A stretch of DNA of 64,000 nt from Rhodosorus marinus CCMP1338 (lineage: Eukaryota; Plantae; Rhodophyta): positions 310,001 through 374,000 of the forward strand of contig JAMWBK010000011.1 of NCBI GenBank assembly GCA_029953675.1, written 5' to 3'. The notes below the pieces were generated by a model. That model saw only the letters and a program-made list of their open reading frames with translations, had not been told where the DNA came from and did no database searches. Below, one piece after another: positions 38,091 to 49,619 of this stretch. Position 1 is the stretch's first letter, and every line of letters starts with the position of its first letter. The position numbers and the translations under genes are program-made.

Positions 38091-38380
38091 CTCCCACGAA
38101 TGTTCAGGACAGTATTCACCGGAGAAGAAACTTCCGAATCTATGACTTGCGTTGAAAGAAACCTCTTTCTTTGTCAACCACGCATGTTCAGGATATTGTT
38201 CACCGGCAAAACAAACCCAAATCCAAAACTTCGCTCGCGTGATAAACCGCCTTGTCCATCTCCCACGCATGTTCAGGACACTATTCAGCGGGGAACAACT
38301 ATACTAAATTCATTGTCAAAAATCTCCTTGTCCCGTCTACCACGCATCGTCGGGACAGTATTCACGAGAGAACAAACCGC
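38091..38380. repeat. Four-copy repeat with a conserved core of about 40 bp and a period of 77-85 bp
   Basis: The core CCACG(C/A)AT(GTT)CAGGACAGTATTCAC starts at 38094, 38178, 38263 and 38340. The sequence between cores is much more variable. Confidence 0.85.
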
Positions 38381-38885
38381 AGCTCCCCCTCTCCCGGCTC
38401 AACAATCCGTACATGGTAAACACGAAACCAGCTGAACATATAAAAGCGTCATCTTCTTGTTCAATCTAAAAATCAAATATTGACTAGAAGATATGTTATT
38501 TAGAAATAATCATAATTATCAATCTTTTATAAAGATTGATTAACCGGTGACGATTACTGGTGAACTAGTTGTTGTTTTTTTTTGCTGACAATTTGTTGGA
38601 AATAAGTTCTAAATTTCAAATACAAGGTCGCATGAATATTAATAGAATTTTGGGCTGCTTAGTTCGCGGGTTTTTGTGCGCTCAGCCGTTGGGATTTGGG
38701 TCCTGTTGGTGGTGATCGGGGATAGGGATAGAGTGGATATTAAAAGGGTGAGTCAATGGGTGGGGTTCCCCTTGGACACATTCTAAGGGTTTGTTTTTTT
38801 GTTTATGGTATGAGATCCCCTGCTGTGTGCTGCCGGTAGTTCTGTTCTCGTTTGCTTTTGAGGGAGGTGCGGGAAGTGGGGAAAC

Positions 38886-39730
38886 ATGAAGACGGGTTTT
38901 GGTGGTGCGATTTTCACGATCATTGGGAGTCTTTTTCTGCAATCTGTGTGCGCGCACCCGTTGACTGCGCTCGAGAAACGAATTGATGACAACCCGTACG
39001 ACAGCGATTTTGTCCTCAACCTGGCAAATGTTTCTGCCACGGACAACGGCTTGGGAGCGAAGATCCAAGGGGGAGCAGTGGACCAATTCCATGCCTTGGA
39101 TGGTCTCAGAATATCAAACAGTATGTTCACGCTAGATGCATGTGGAAGTAAGTAGTGCAACAGGCTCAAGCTGTGTTTGCCAGTCTCGATTTACCACTGA
39201 TCCACCCGGGCCCCTCCCACCTCCGCAGTGAATCTCCCGCACATCCATCCACGAGCTACCGAAGAAATCTACGTTATGGCTGGTACCAACCTCACCTGCG
39301 GATTTTCTGAAGGTATTTTTAACGATCTGCTTATCTCCTTCCACTGCCGCCGTGGACTGATCTGCCCTTCTTCTCATCTCCAGAAAACGGTGGAAGAACT
39401 ATTATGAACACAATTAGCCAGGGTTGGAACGCCGTTTTTCCGATGGGTTTGCCACACTTCCAGATTAATAACAGCTGTGAGGAGGTCCGGTTCCTCTCAT
39501 CCTTGAGCCACGAAGATCCTGGTGTAATCACGTTGCCGGACCGTATCCTGGGATTCCCGGACAACGTCTTGCAGACAGCTTTCAACATCGGACACTATGG
39601 TAACGGTACCGATCAGTTCAAGGCTAAAATCGACATGCGAGAGATTCAGAAGAAATGTCTGCAGACTTGTAAGCACTCCACACCACCACATAATAGTACT
39701 GCATATAATACGACGACGACTTGGCACTAG
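38886..39730 (+). CDS. Secreted spherulin-1/germin-like cupin D with Thr/His-rich tail, 3 exons (introns 39148-39228, 39313-39383)
   Basis: Signal peptide; spliced ACGMNLPHIHPRATE; VFPMGLPHFQIN; HEDPG. Intron positions match cupins A and C. Confidence 0.92.
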
Positions 39731-40109
39731 AGGTCCTAAATGCGTGTCGCAAGGCTGTGGATGAACGATCAAGAGCAATACGGGGGGAGTCTTCCTGCTC
39801 ACTTCACAAGAACATTCTGTTGAAGAAAAAAACTAAAAGCTTCTGTATTCAACATTGCCTCAGTTGAAATCCGAACTACCGCAATCCCTGCTGTCCAGCA
39901 ACATTCCTGCTGGACTGTTGCTGGACAGCTATTACCACACAGCTGCTGGTACAAAAAAAAAAGGGGCAAACTCTTTGTTTGCACTTTAATATCCAAGCTC
40001 TCCTTAAAAAGTTTTCAAATTACAAACCCCCATCCGGTCCGATTGTGACAGTCTAGTGATCGGCACTTCCCGGCGGGTTTCTTCACGTCCATCGACAAAG
40101 ACATAGCAG

Positions 40110-41767
40110 TTAAGCCGGCAGTTTACAGAACCTCCTCGAGTTCCCTCGAGTGTAAATCTCACACAGTCCCATTCTCGGGCAGGGGTTTGCAGAACAACCA
40201 GGGACCCTTTTCTTGCATTGGGCACCTTCAAATCCTTTGGGACATCGGAAGAATAACCCTACATTCTTGATCCGGTCCACTAGAGTAGAGGCAGTAGCAG
40301 CCTTGATCCCGTTTACGTAGTGTACTGTGATCTTCTTGACCTTTGTGCATTTTCCCAGCCCGAAATGGAGCATATTGTAGTGTGAGGCGCTGTGTGATCG
40401 ACCTGGAGAGTTAACTCGCTGCGTAAATATTTGGTCTCCGCAGAAAACCCTGACCAAAGCACCCATCTCTGACCTCAACCAGCTTGCATTCCACCTTGAC
40501 GGCCGTGGAGCACCCACTCTAACAATGATCCAGTGATTATTGTCAGTAGGGGTCGTGTTCTTGTAGTACCTCCACGTGGAGTTCATTGACCCGCTTATGA
40601 TATCTAGTTTGCCATCCATTTGCACGTCCACTGCATGAACGTTGTCTCCGTCTTCATTTTTGTTTCTGGACTTCATACCCGTCCTCCCAGCCGGCACCTC
40701 TGAAAACGTCTTATCGCAATTGTTTAGCATCAACTTATCGTCTTGTCTACCCTCCAAACCCGTGTTCACGGTAACATAGAGGTCAACACAGCCATCGTTG
40801 TTGAAGTCTCCCGCGGTTACGTGAACGTTATACCCGCCGAGAACAAGTCCCGCTGCGCTCGTCCTGTCAACGTACTTTCCGTTGACATTCTCGTAAAACG
40901 TGTTGGGTATGCTCCGGCCGGACGAGCCCCTAACGAAATAGAGATCCAGATCCCCATCATTGTCATAGTCGAACTGGACCATTGCCCTGACGTTCTTGAT
41001 CCTCTCCTGGCGTGGAAGAATTGTGGACGGCTTGAATTTATAGTTTCCCATGTTCTTCCATACTTCGACTCCAGTATACTTCATGAAAACGAGGTCCAAT
41101 CTGCCGTCGTTGTCCAGGTCAGCAACATCGAACCAGAGGCCAGCTACGCCCTCCATTCCGGTATTCGAAACCTTCTTGAATTTACCATCGGGACGGCGCT
41201 TGTACAAAAGATGCGCCTTGTTTTTTCCTGGAATAAATTGGTTTACAAACAGAACGTCATCCAACCGTTTCCGTTGAAATCAAACGACGCGATGGATCTT
41301 CCCCTCATGGGCTCCAGGTCAATGAAAAATGCCTGTCCCTGCGTCTGCCTCATATTCCCTTTCCCAAAGGTTTCAATGACTGTTGGGAGTGTGGGGCTTG
41401 AACCCCTCTGGCCTCCTCTCGTATGGATAATATCCAAGTGCTTATCACCGTTCAGATCAAGCGCAACCGCCCCGTGGGTGTCCTGCTTGTACACTCTGGG
41501 ATCAACGTACGTAAAGCCACGTGCTCCATTGCTCCAATACAGCTCCGCATTATTCCCATGATTCGGACAGTAAAGCTCATAATATCCATCCCCGTCCAAG
41601 TCAGCCACAGTCATTCCTTGATACTTATTCGCGTACAGCCTCCAATCCGAGACTTGATTCAGTGGAAGAAGCCCCTTAGCTCTAGAAACATCCACAAACT
41701 TGGGCATCGCGGCGTTGACCACCGCTAAAAGGGCGAGGCCCAGCACCAATGCAGTCCAGTGCTTCAT
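40110..41767 (-). pseudogene. FG-GAP + ASPIC-UnbV paralog 2, interrupted by a 1-bp frameshift at about 41261 (pseudogene or assembly error)
   Basis: ORFs 41243-41776 and 40110-41264 are the N- and C-terminal parts of one paralog. Adding one G to GGT TGG ATG AC restores DFNGNGWDDVLFVN. No other lesion was seen. Confidence 0.85.
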
Positions 41768-43396
41768 CGTGCTCAACCAAAACGCGAGTTAACCAAAAGT
41801 AAGTTACCAACACTTTCAGCCAGTTCAGGCTGGTTTAAGTTACCCGCAAAATTGGCGATTACACCAAATTCCAAACCCTGCCACACCCTGCGTACCTCCC
41901 CACCGTCTTCGCCAGCAACTATCAACTCTTGACCTTGGCCTTATCACCCCCCAAAAAAACCCTACTAAAAACGAGGAAACCACATCCCAGAGAATAAACT
42001 TCTTTTTCTCAAATTTCCATGAGGCCAAACTTCCCAACGTGCCGTTGGCCAATGCTACCTTTTTCTCCAGTGTGAGGAGGAAGTCAATCATTTCTGATAT
42101 AATATAGATTGATTTTGATGGGGAGGACACAATGATTGGTTATTGAATTTATTCTCGTATTTGGTAATATTTTTGATCTTTTGACGAAGGACGCGCGATG
42201 GAAGACTCTCCTTTTTCGTTACGAGTTTTTTTTTGCTAAGCAGGGAAGTGTGGCTACTGGTTGGGGTTGGGCCATTTGTGAAGCGAGATCCGTTTATTTA
42301 AGACGTACTCTTTAAATTAAGAGTATAAATGGATGTGGTAGGACGAATAGTTTAAAATATTTGGTATATATCTCATGAATATGAACAGTCAAGCATGTTT
42401 TGGAATAGATCAACCGTATCTCTATGAGAATGGAAGAGAAGGAGGGGGGGAGGGGATTTCGATGTTTGGTGTTGGATGTCTTTGCAAATGTATGCCTTTT
42501 TTTCTGTTCAAAATCTGTTGCTTTTGTTGCTGACAATTAGTTTTAAGTAGAGTTCGCCACCCCCCTTTTTCCTGAAAAGGCACCGAAGTCGGTTCCTTAC
42601 AAAGATCAAATTTCTGGTCACAATAAGAAAGAGGGAGAAACAATTTTGAGGTGGGATGGTACTATTGTACAAAACCAGATGTACTAGTATCAATGAAAGT
42701 AATTTTCTATAGCTATAATGATGTTCAGGAATGGCGCTCTGGGGTTCTTTTCAGGAACGTTTACAAGGAAATAAAATTATCGATTAAAAATGTTTTTACG
42801 CATTATCGTTCACGATGGCGTATCCCACGTGCCTTCGTTTTATAATAATATTTTGTAAGCCGTTTTGGGACGTCGTCCAATTGCTGAAAAACTGCTCTCG
42901 ATTCGTTTGTCCCATTTCTCAATTGGGACGATGTAGTTTTAGCAAATGGCTGCAGACATATTTTTCAGGGTAGTCCGTGCCCTACTGTTAACAACGGCAG
43001 TAAGCGTGTAGGAAGCAGCGAGCGGACTCGATAGTTTTTGTGTGCGTCAGGCTTCTGCAGTAGTGCAAGTCCTCCGCCGTGAAACATTGCTTCTTGCCAG
43101 TTGACAAAAACACTGTAAACATTGCCTGACCAACCTTATCCAGCTCGTACGATGCGGTGTATGTTTATTACCGGGCGATGCGCAAGTGCGTGACTGCTCC
43201 TTCAACTATGCTGGATATGATCTACTTGGACATCGGTAGATGTGGCACGTTCGTGTTTTCTAACAAAAAAACTCAAGCTAGATACTTCCTCCTTACAGAC
43301 GGTTCGTGGAAAGCTGCAGATTCCAAGTCGGTGGGTTTCATTTTATTTCTGATACACTTGTCAGCCTGCCATTGCCATGTCTCCCCAGCTACTGCT

Positions 43397-43992
43397 GCAG
43401 TGCTGCTAGCTACGCAACAGAACATGATTGGTGACGCAAAAGGTTGGCACACTCGAAATCTAGTTTTCAGCTGTAACATCTTACAGACTGAGGTTCATCT
43501 CACTTCTACCTAAAACGTTACTCCTCAGATTGGGTGGTTGCGTACATGTCTCTTGAACTGATGTAGTGCTGCTAGCTACTCAACAGGACATAATTGGCGG
43601 CGTGCAAAAGGTTTTCACACTCGAAACCTAGATTTTAGTTATAGTACCTTCTCAGGCTGTGGTTCATCTCGACTTTTAGCTGAAATGTTAAGATTCAGAT
43701 TGGCGCATTTGTGTACATGACCACGCGAAATCTAGTGCCTAGTTATAGTATCTTACAGACTGTGGTTCATCTTAGCTTCTAGCTAAAACGTTACTATTCA
43801 GATTGGGGGTGGTTATGGATATGTCTCTTGAACTGTTGTAGTGCTGGGTGCCAGCTACTCAACAGGACATGATTGGTGGCGCAAAAGGTTTTCACACTCG
43901 AAACCTAGTTTTTAATTATAGTATCTTACAGGCTGTGGTTCATCTCAACGTCTAGCTAAAACGTTAAGACTCAGATTGCATGGTCATGTACA
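43397..43992. repeat. Higher-order tandem repeat with structure [AB][AB][B][AB]
   Basis: GGTTCATCT occurs at 43492, 43661, 43764 and 43937 (periods 169, 103, 173). GCTAC.CAACAG occurs at 43409, 43575 and 43854 (periods 166, 279). Confidence 0.9.
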
Positions 43993-44006
43993 TTTGTCGT
44001 CGTTCC

Positions 44007-45752
44007 TCAAAACTGGCGTCCCGTCATGGGGCAATAGATTGGCGGCATGTCGGGGCTTGTCGTTACTTCATAGGAAATGCCAGTGACTCCTTCCCACCTG
44101 CTGAGGGTACACGGCTGGATGGGTACGTCACAGTCTCTCCCAGCCTTGTTTGGGAAGCAGGGGAAGTACAAGCCAGTTTCAAATATTCTGTTGGCCCCCA
44201 AATTGCCCCGTCGAACGACAGTAACTCCACGGGGGTACTTCACTTCGATCTCCTGGACATTCGAACAAGATCCCAGCCCGAAGTGCAAGGTATCGTAATA
44301 ACTCTGGGAATGAGATTGTCCAGGTGCGGCAACTCGACGCATGTGGATAACCCCATCACACATTACTTTGACCAATGCGTTCAACGGGTTCCTCTTCACG
44401 ATCGGGAAATAGGTGCTGGCTCGGGGAAAGCCCACCCGCAAAAGGAGGTAGTTGGAGTTCTCAGTCATCGGCATCGTGTTCTCGTAGAAGGACCAGGATG
44501 CGTTTTTAGGTCCGACCATCAAATCAAGCTTCCCGTCCAAGTTGTAATCGAAATTCATAGCGTTGTTGCCATCGCTGCCTGGTGGGAGGTTTTGATCCAA
44601 CTCTGTCCCTGGGGTGCTCACGAAGGTTCCGTCGCCGCGATTGAGGAGTAAAAGGTCCGGCACCCTTGGTGCACTGAATAAGGTGACAACACTAACATAC
44701 AAGTCTACATGCCCGTCGTTGTTGAAGTCCCCACAAGTTACGAACTGGTGCCTACCGCCAGCGGGAAGACCTCGCTCCTCCATAATTGGAAAGTAGATAT
44801 TGTCCCTCTTTTCAAATAGTATGTCGCTCACAACCTTGTCGGTTTGGGCCCTTCCTCGCGCCAAATACAGATCCATGTCACCATCATGATCGAAATCAAT
44901 TTCACAAAAAGCGTACGCCCCGTTAATCCTACTGCCGCCATTTGGGAAGGCGTTCTCCACCTTTTGGAAGGTGAAAGTGCCAGTTCCTCTCCACAACTCT
45001 ATTGAAGTCCACAGCATGAGGATGACATCCATATAACCATCCTCATCGTAATCGACAAGCGTAAACCACGCCGCGTTCGTGAGGTCAAAGCCCAGAGGGC
45101 CCTGTGCAGGGGCCTGTTCCTCAAACTTCCCGTTGCCGAGATTCTCGTAAAGCAAGTGAATTGGACCGGTTGTGTTTGGAATTCTCCTGTTCACGTGTAA
45201 TAGGTCCAAGAATCCATTCCCATTGACATCCAGAAACGCTACAGATCTACCCCGAATGAACTGCTCTCCCAGGCCAAATTTTTCTCCCTCATCGCCTTCG
45301 AGCTTTGTGACGTGCTTCCCTTGGGATGTTTCAAGAATCAGTCCTGTGCCCGGCGCAGATCCGTTCCTTCCACCTCGCGTGATAATGACGTCCAGATCTC
45401 CGTCGTTGTCCAGATCCGCAGCAGCAGTTCCATGAAGATCTCTATTGTACAGCCCGGGCGCCTCAAACTGATAGTCGTTCTCATTTATTGACCAGTACAC
45501 CTCGACACCATCTCCATGGTTACCCGGAAACAGCTCGTACCTACCATCTCTGTCCAGATCAGCGACAGTCATTCCCCAATACTTGTTCTCCTGATTAATC
45601 TCTGGGTCGGGGTTTTTCCTCGTCGGAGGGGGTCTGAAATGAATATCCATCCCAAACCGCGACCCAATTTCGATGAACGAGGGAGCCGTCTGCCCACTCA
45701 CGCAGAGCAGAATACAGGCAAATCCGAAAAACATTACACTGGTCGCCATCAT
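44007..45752 (-). CDS. Secreted FG-GAP + ASPIC-UnbV protein, paralog 3
   Basis: Signal peptide, ENKYWG, DxDxDG loops, APGQSHSQSYYDTLHFGLG and a 4-Cys tail. Intronless. First ATG is at 45752. Confidence 0.9.
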   Translation of the reverse strand: MMATSVMFFGFACILLCVSGQTAPSFIEIGSRFGMDIHFRPPPTRKNPDPEINQENKYWGMTVADLDRDGRYELFPGNHGDGVEVYWSINENDYQFEAPGLYNRDLHGTAAADLDNDGDLDVIITRGGRNGSAPGTGLILETSQGKHVTKLEGDEGEKFGLGEQFIRGRSVAFLDVNGNGFLDLLHVNRRIPNTTGPIHLLYENLGNGKFEEQAPAQGPLGFDLTNAAWFTLVDYDEDGYMDVILMLWTSIELWRGTGTFTFQKVENAFPNGGSRINGAYAFCEIDFDHDGDMDLYLARGRAQTDKVVSDILFEKRDNIYFPIMEERGLPAGGRHQFVTCGDFNNDGHVDLYVSVVTLFSAPRVPDLLLLNRGDGTFVSTPGTELDQNLPPGSDGNNAMNFDYNLDGKLDLMVGPKNASWSFYENTMPMTENSNYLLLRVGFPRASTYFPIVKRNPLNALVKVMCDGVIHMRRVAAPGQSHSQSYYDTLHFGLGSCSNVQEIEVKYPRGVTVVRRGNLGANRIFETGLYFPCFPNKAGRDCDVPIQPCTLSRWEGVTGISYEVTTSPDMPPIYCPMTGRQF

Positions 45753-47900
45753 CCTCAACACAAGTCCTGCAACTGCTCTCTAGAAAGAGGCCCACCGAAA
45801 GTATATCAAAATTCCTCCACCAACCGGAAACCCCACCAGTACAGAAAAAACCAAACCACAGTGGGTTTCAAGAGGTCAACTCGTACCTCAGCTATCTAAC
45901 AGCTCACCAGCCCTCTCCCCTGAGCCCTCCCCCCCGCCCCCTTCCCGCACCTATACATACCTCGAACGACCACTTACTCCAAGTCTTCAAAGACATCTCC
46001 TCCTCCGAAGAAAAACTATTTCACTTAATTAAAACTAATCAAAAACTCTTTCCAACATCCGATATTGGCGTTTTCCACATCACAGGTTGACGTACGACGT
46101 CTTTCCGGCTCCTGTTTAATTGTTTTATCCTTCTTTTTAGTCCCACGGTTCCATAAATTAACGTCTTACAAAATAAAACTTCTGTTCATTTCGTTTTCCA
46201 CATCTAAAAAAATCAAGCCATTTTACCCCCTTTTTTTAATTCAAAAAATATAATACCCACCCACCCACACACCCCCCCTCAAAAATCTAGTCTCTGAGAG
46301 GGGTTTTTTGGGAAGTCTTCACAGTCTCCTTTCTTACTGAGAAAAGTAAAACTGGGAACTATATATTGCAAAGTTTCGAGTTTGTAAAATAAACGGTCCC
46401 CTTACTCCGGGAAAGAAAACTTTTTTTTTACAAAATCCTAAAAAGCCCTGTAAAAATACGACAAATAAATATTCTACGAGGAATCCTTATATTGACTACC
46501 CCCTCCCCTAGATATTTCACGTAAAAGTAACGGAGTTTCCAAAATTTTCATTTCTTTGAAATATTTTGTAATTTTTTGTTTGTGGCTGGGTTCCATAGGG
46601 TAAAATTATTTGTGAAAAAGTAGAAGCTTGTCTATGGGGTCTTTTACTTCTACCCCCTTGAGGAATAGGTCCTTACAAAATTTATATAGTCGAATAAGTT
46701 TACGAATATTGTGAAATGCGGTTCGTAGAGTAAAATTGACTCCCCCATCTGGGGGAGTACATATGGAACACTAAGATTCAAGAAAAATACAAAATATAGT
46801 TGTCGCTGTCAGGAAGGACTCGTCCCCTTCGTTGTTTCTTCTGCAATTCTGTTTTTGGACGCCTGTTTCCTCGATTTTGGGTTCTGGATTCCTCTTTTTT
46901 TTGCCAGTTTGCTCAGGCCAAAAGAAACACAAGTCCGATGTTACCTGCCAGGCTGTCGGGACTGGCTATATGGCGAAATGCTCCGACTGGGAGCCATAAT
47001 GAAGCAAGCGGCGCTCCCGGTAAATGAAGACGCTGCTCTCCCGTCTTGTTGGTCTTTGCCAAACGGATAAACCAAGAAGCAAGTTTGCCACTCCAGGTCT
47101 CAAATGAGAACACACAGTCTGCCTCCGCTGCCCGACTCCATCCGCTTCGCAACCAGTTGGGGATGGGGAAACCCTCCCCCACCAACTCGAATTCCCTTTT
47201 CTAAAAACTTTTCCCAACAACAGCTGTTACTAGAAAAGTACCTTGCCAGTAAATGCTTAGGCGTCCCTTAGGGAGAGTATTTCGTTTGGCGGTTGATTTT
47301 TGGGCGCCACATACAGCCGCCTTTGATGCCCATGTTCTGAAATTCTGCTGACACAGAACGCGAAGTTTTGCAACCTTTTTGAGAGAGGACAACTGTCCTT
47401 GAATTTGTAAGGCGTGAATCATATCACCCTGAGGCGGAATGTGGTACTGAATTCGCTTGTCGTTGCACGATCTGCCGGAGGAGGGCTAAGTATTGGAACG
47501 CGATGATTTGCCCTACGATATCTATGAGGCTGCACGAACCGTGAAATTCTCCACGGCTTGTTCTCGATTTGGTCGCTTGCTACTGGCCATGCAGTCAGAG
47601 GCGAATGACTGGTCGCTTGTATTTTTTTTTTCGGATTCGTTATTTTAAGAGTGTGGGCGGCTTCTGGGCCCGCGGTTTTAGGAGTTCCTTCCGCGGATTG
47701 CGCCTTGGGGAACTCCCCTTTGTTGGGTATGTGCTGATTCTGTCGCCCAGCAAAAGCGCAACCGGAACTCCGGAGCAGTGCTCTGCTGTTCTCCAAGCTT
47801 TGATGGGTTGAATGAAAGGCTTTTTCTTCTTTTATACAATTAGCATTTTACACTATATGTTGGTTTCGGAGGAGTCCACTGGTTCTCCATTTCGTAAGGA

Positions 47901-49619
47901 TCAAAACTGTGGACCGGTCATTGGGCAGTAGATCGGATCCATGTCTGGACTGGTTGTCTCCTCGTACTCAATATTTGAGTATCCTAGCCATTTTTTGGTG
48001 AGACAGGGCAGGATGGTTTCTTTGCAGCCTTTTCCCGCCTTATTCGGGAGACAGGGAAAGTAGAGCCCTGACTCAAAAATCCTGTTGGCCCCCAAGTTCC
48101 CCGTCCGTTGAACGGTGACTCCACGCGCATACTTTACCTCGACTTTCTGCACGTTTCGACAGGATCCCAGTCCAAAGTGCAGTGTGTCAAAGTAGCTCTG
48201 AGAATGGGACTGCCCTGAGGCAGCTACTCGACGCAAGTGTACCACGCCATCGCATGTCACCTTCACCATCGCGTTCAATGGGTTCCTCTTTACCACCGGG
48301 TAGAATACGCTGGCGCGCGGGGCGCCCACTCTTACCAAGATGTAGTTGAAGTTCCTTGCTCTCGTGGAGGTGTTCTCGTAGAAGCTCCACGAAGCGTTCT
48401 TTCGACCTACCAGCAGGTCTAGCCTGCCGTCCAAGTTGTGGTCGTACGCCATGGCGTTGTTGCCGTCGCTGTTCGGAGGTAGATTTCGATCGAGCGCGGT
48501 CCCGGGAACGCTCCTAAAGGATCCATCTCCAAGGTTCATGAGCAGCAGGTCTGGAATCTGAGGAGGTTTGAACAGCGTTGCTCGACTGACGAAGATATCG
48601 ACGTGTCCATCGTTGTTGAAATCGCCGCAAGTAGCGTGGTAGTGCCTGCCGCCTACGGGCAGACCTCTCTCTTCGGAGATTGGATAGTAAATGTTATCCC
48701 TCTTCTCCCAGAGGATGTCGCTGACTACCTTATTTTCTTGTCTCCGTCCTCTAGCCATGTAAAGGTCCATGTCCCCATCCCCGTCGAAGTCGATCTCACA
48801 GTTGCAGTGAGCCCCCGTGACGTCAGCGCCACCATTTGGGAACGCGTTTTCTACCTTAACGAAAGTGAACCTACCAGTTCCTCTCCACAACTCGATTGAC
48901 GTCCATAACATTAGGATAATGTCCATGTATCCGTCTTCGTTGTAGTCGACCAGTGAGAACCAGGCCGCGTTGGTGAGCTCGAACCCGACTTTTCGCCCCA
49001 CAAACTGTCCATTGCCCATATTCTCGTAGAAGAGATGAATGCCATCGGTGGCTCTCGGAATCCTCCTGTTCACGTACAGGAGATCCAGATGCCCGTTCCC
49101 CTTGGCGTCGAAAAATGCTGTAGATCTTCCCCGGATGAACTGCTCGCCGAGGCCGAACTTCTCACCTCCCCCTTCGTCAAGCTTCTGAAAGTCTCTGGGA
49201 GGGAGCGCTTCAAGTATCAGGCCGGTTCCTGGAGCACTTCCATTTCTACCTCCACGGGTAACGATGACGTCGAGGTCCCCGTCGTTATCAAGGTCCGCAC
49301 ATGCCGTTCCATGGATATCTCTGCGGTACAGCCCCGGACTCTGAAACTCGTAGCTATCGTTGTCATCCGCCCACCAGAACTCAAGTCCATCCCCATGGTT
49401 GCCCAGAATCATCTCATATCTCCCATCGCGATTCACATCACACAATGTCATTCCCCAGTACTTGTTCTCCAGTTTGAACTCCGTCTTCTTCGGCGACTGG
49501 GTGTAGTTTCGAAGCCCAAACCTGTCACCGACCTCTTCAAACACCGGAATCCTCAATGATCTCGACGCTGATGCGACACAGATCAGTCCAAGAACCAGTA
49601 GCAGACTCCAGGCGTCCAT
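47901..49619 (-). CDS. Secreted FG-GAP + ASPIC-UnbV protein, paralog 4 (closest to paralog 3)
   Basis: MDAWSLLLVLGLICVASA signal peptide, ENKYWG, SGQSHSQSYFDTLHFGLG and a 4-Cys tail. Intronless. Confidence 0.9.
   Translation of the reverse strand: MDAWSLLLVLGLICVASASRSLRIPVFEEVGDRFGLRNYTQSPKKTEFKLENKYWGMTLCDVNRDGRYEMILGNHGDGLEFWWADDNDSYEFQSPGLYRRDIHGTACADLDNDGDLDVIVTRGGRNGSAPGTGLILEALPPRDFQKLDEGGGEKFGLGEQFIRGRSTAFFDAKGNGHLDLLYVNRRIPRATDGIHLFYENMGNGQFVGRKVGFELTNAAWFSLVDYNEDGYMDIILMLWTSIELWRGTGRFTFVKVENAFPNGGADVTGAHCNCEIDFDGDGDMDLYMARGRRQENKVVSDILWEKRDNIYYPISEERGLPVGGRHYHATCGDFNNDGHVDIFVSRATLFKPPQIPDLLLMNLGDGSFRSVPGTALDRNLPPNSDGNNAMAYDHNLDGRLDLLVGRKNASWSFYENTSTRARNFNYILVRVGAPRASVFYPVVKRNPLNAMVKVTCDGVVHLRRVAASGQSHSQSYFDTLHFGLGSCRNVQKVEVKYARGVTVQRTGNLGANRIFESGLYFPCLPNKAGKGCKETILPCLTKKWLGYSNIEYEETTSPDMDPIYCPMTGPQF

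Noticed and set aside
38091-38380. CRISPR-array interpretation of the 84-bp periodic repeat
   Set aside because: The context is eukaryotic, there are no cas genes, the cores are degenerate and the spacers are mutually homologous when translated.
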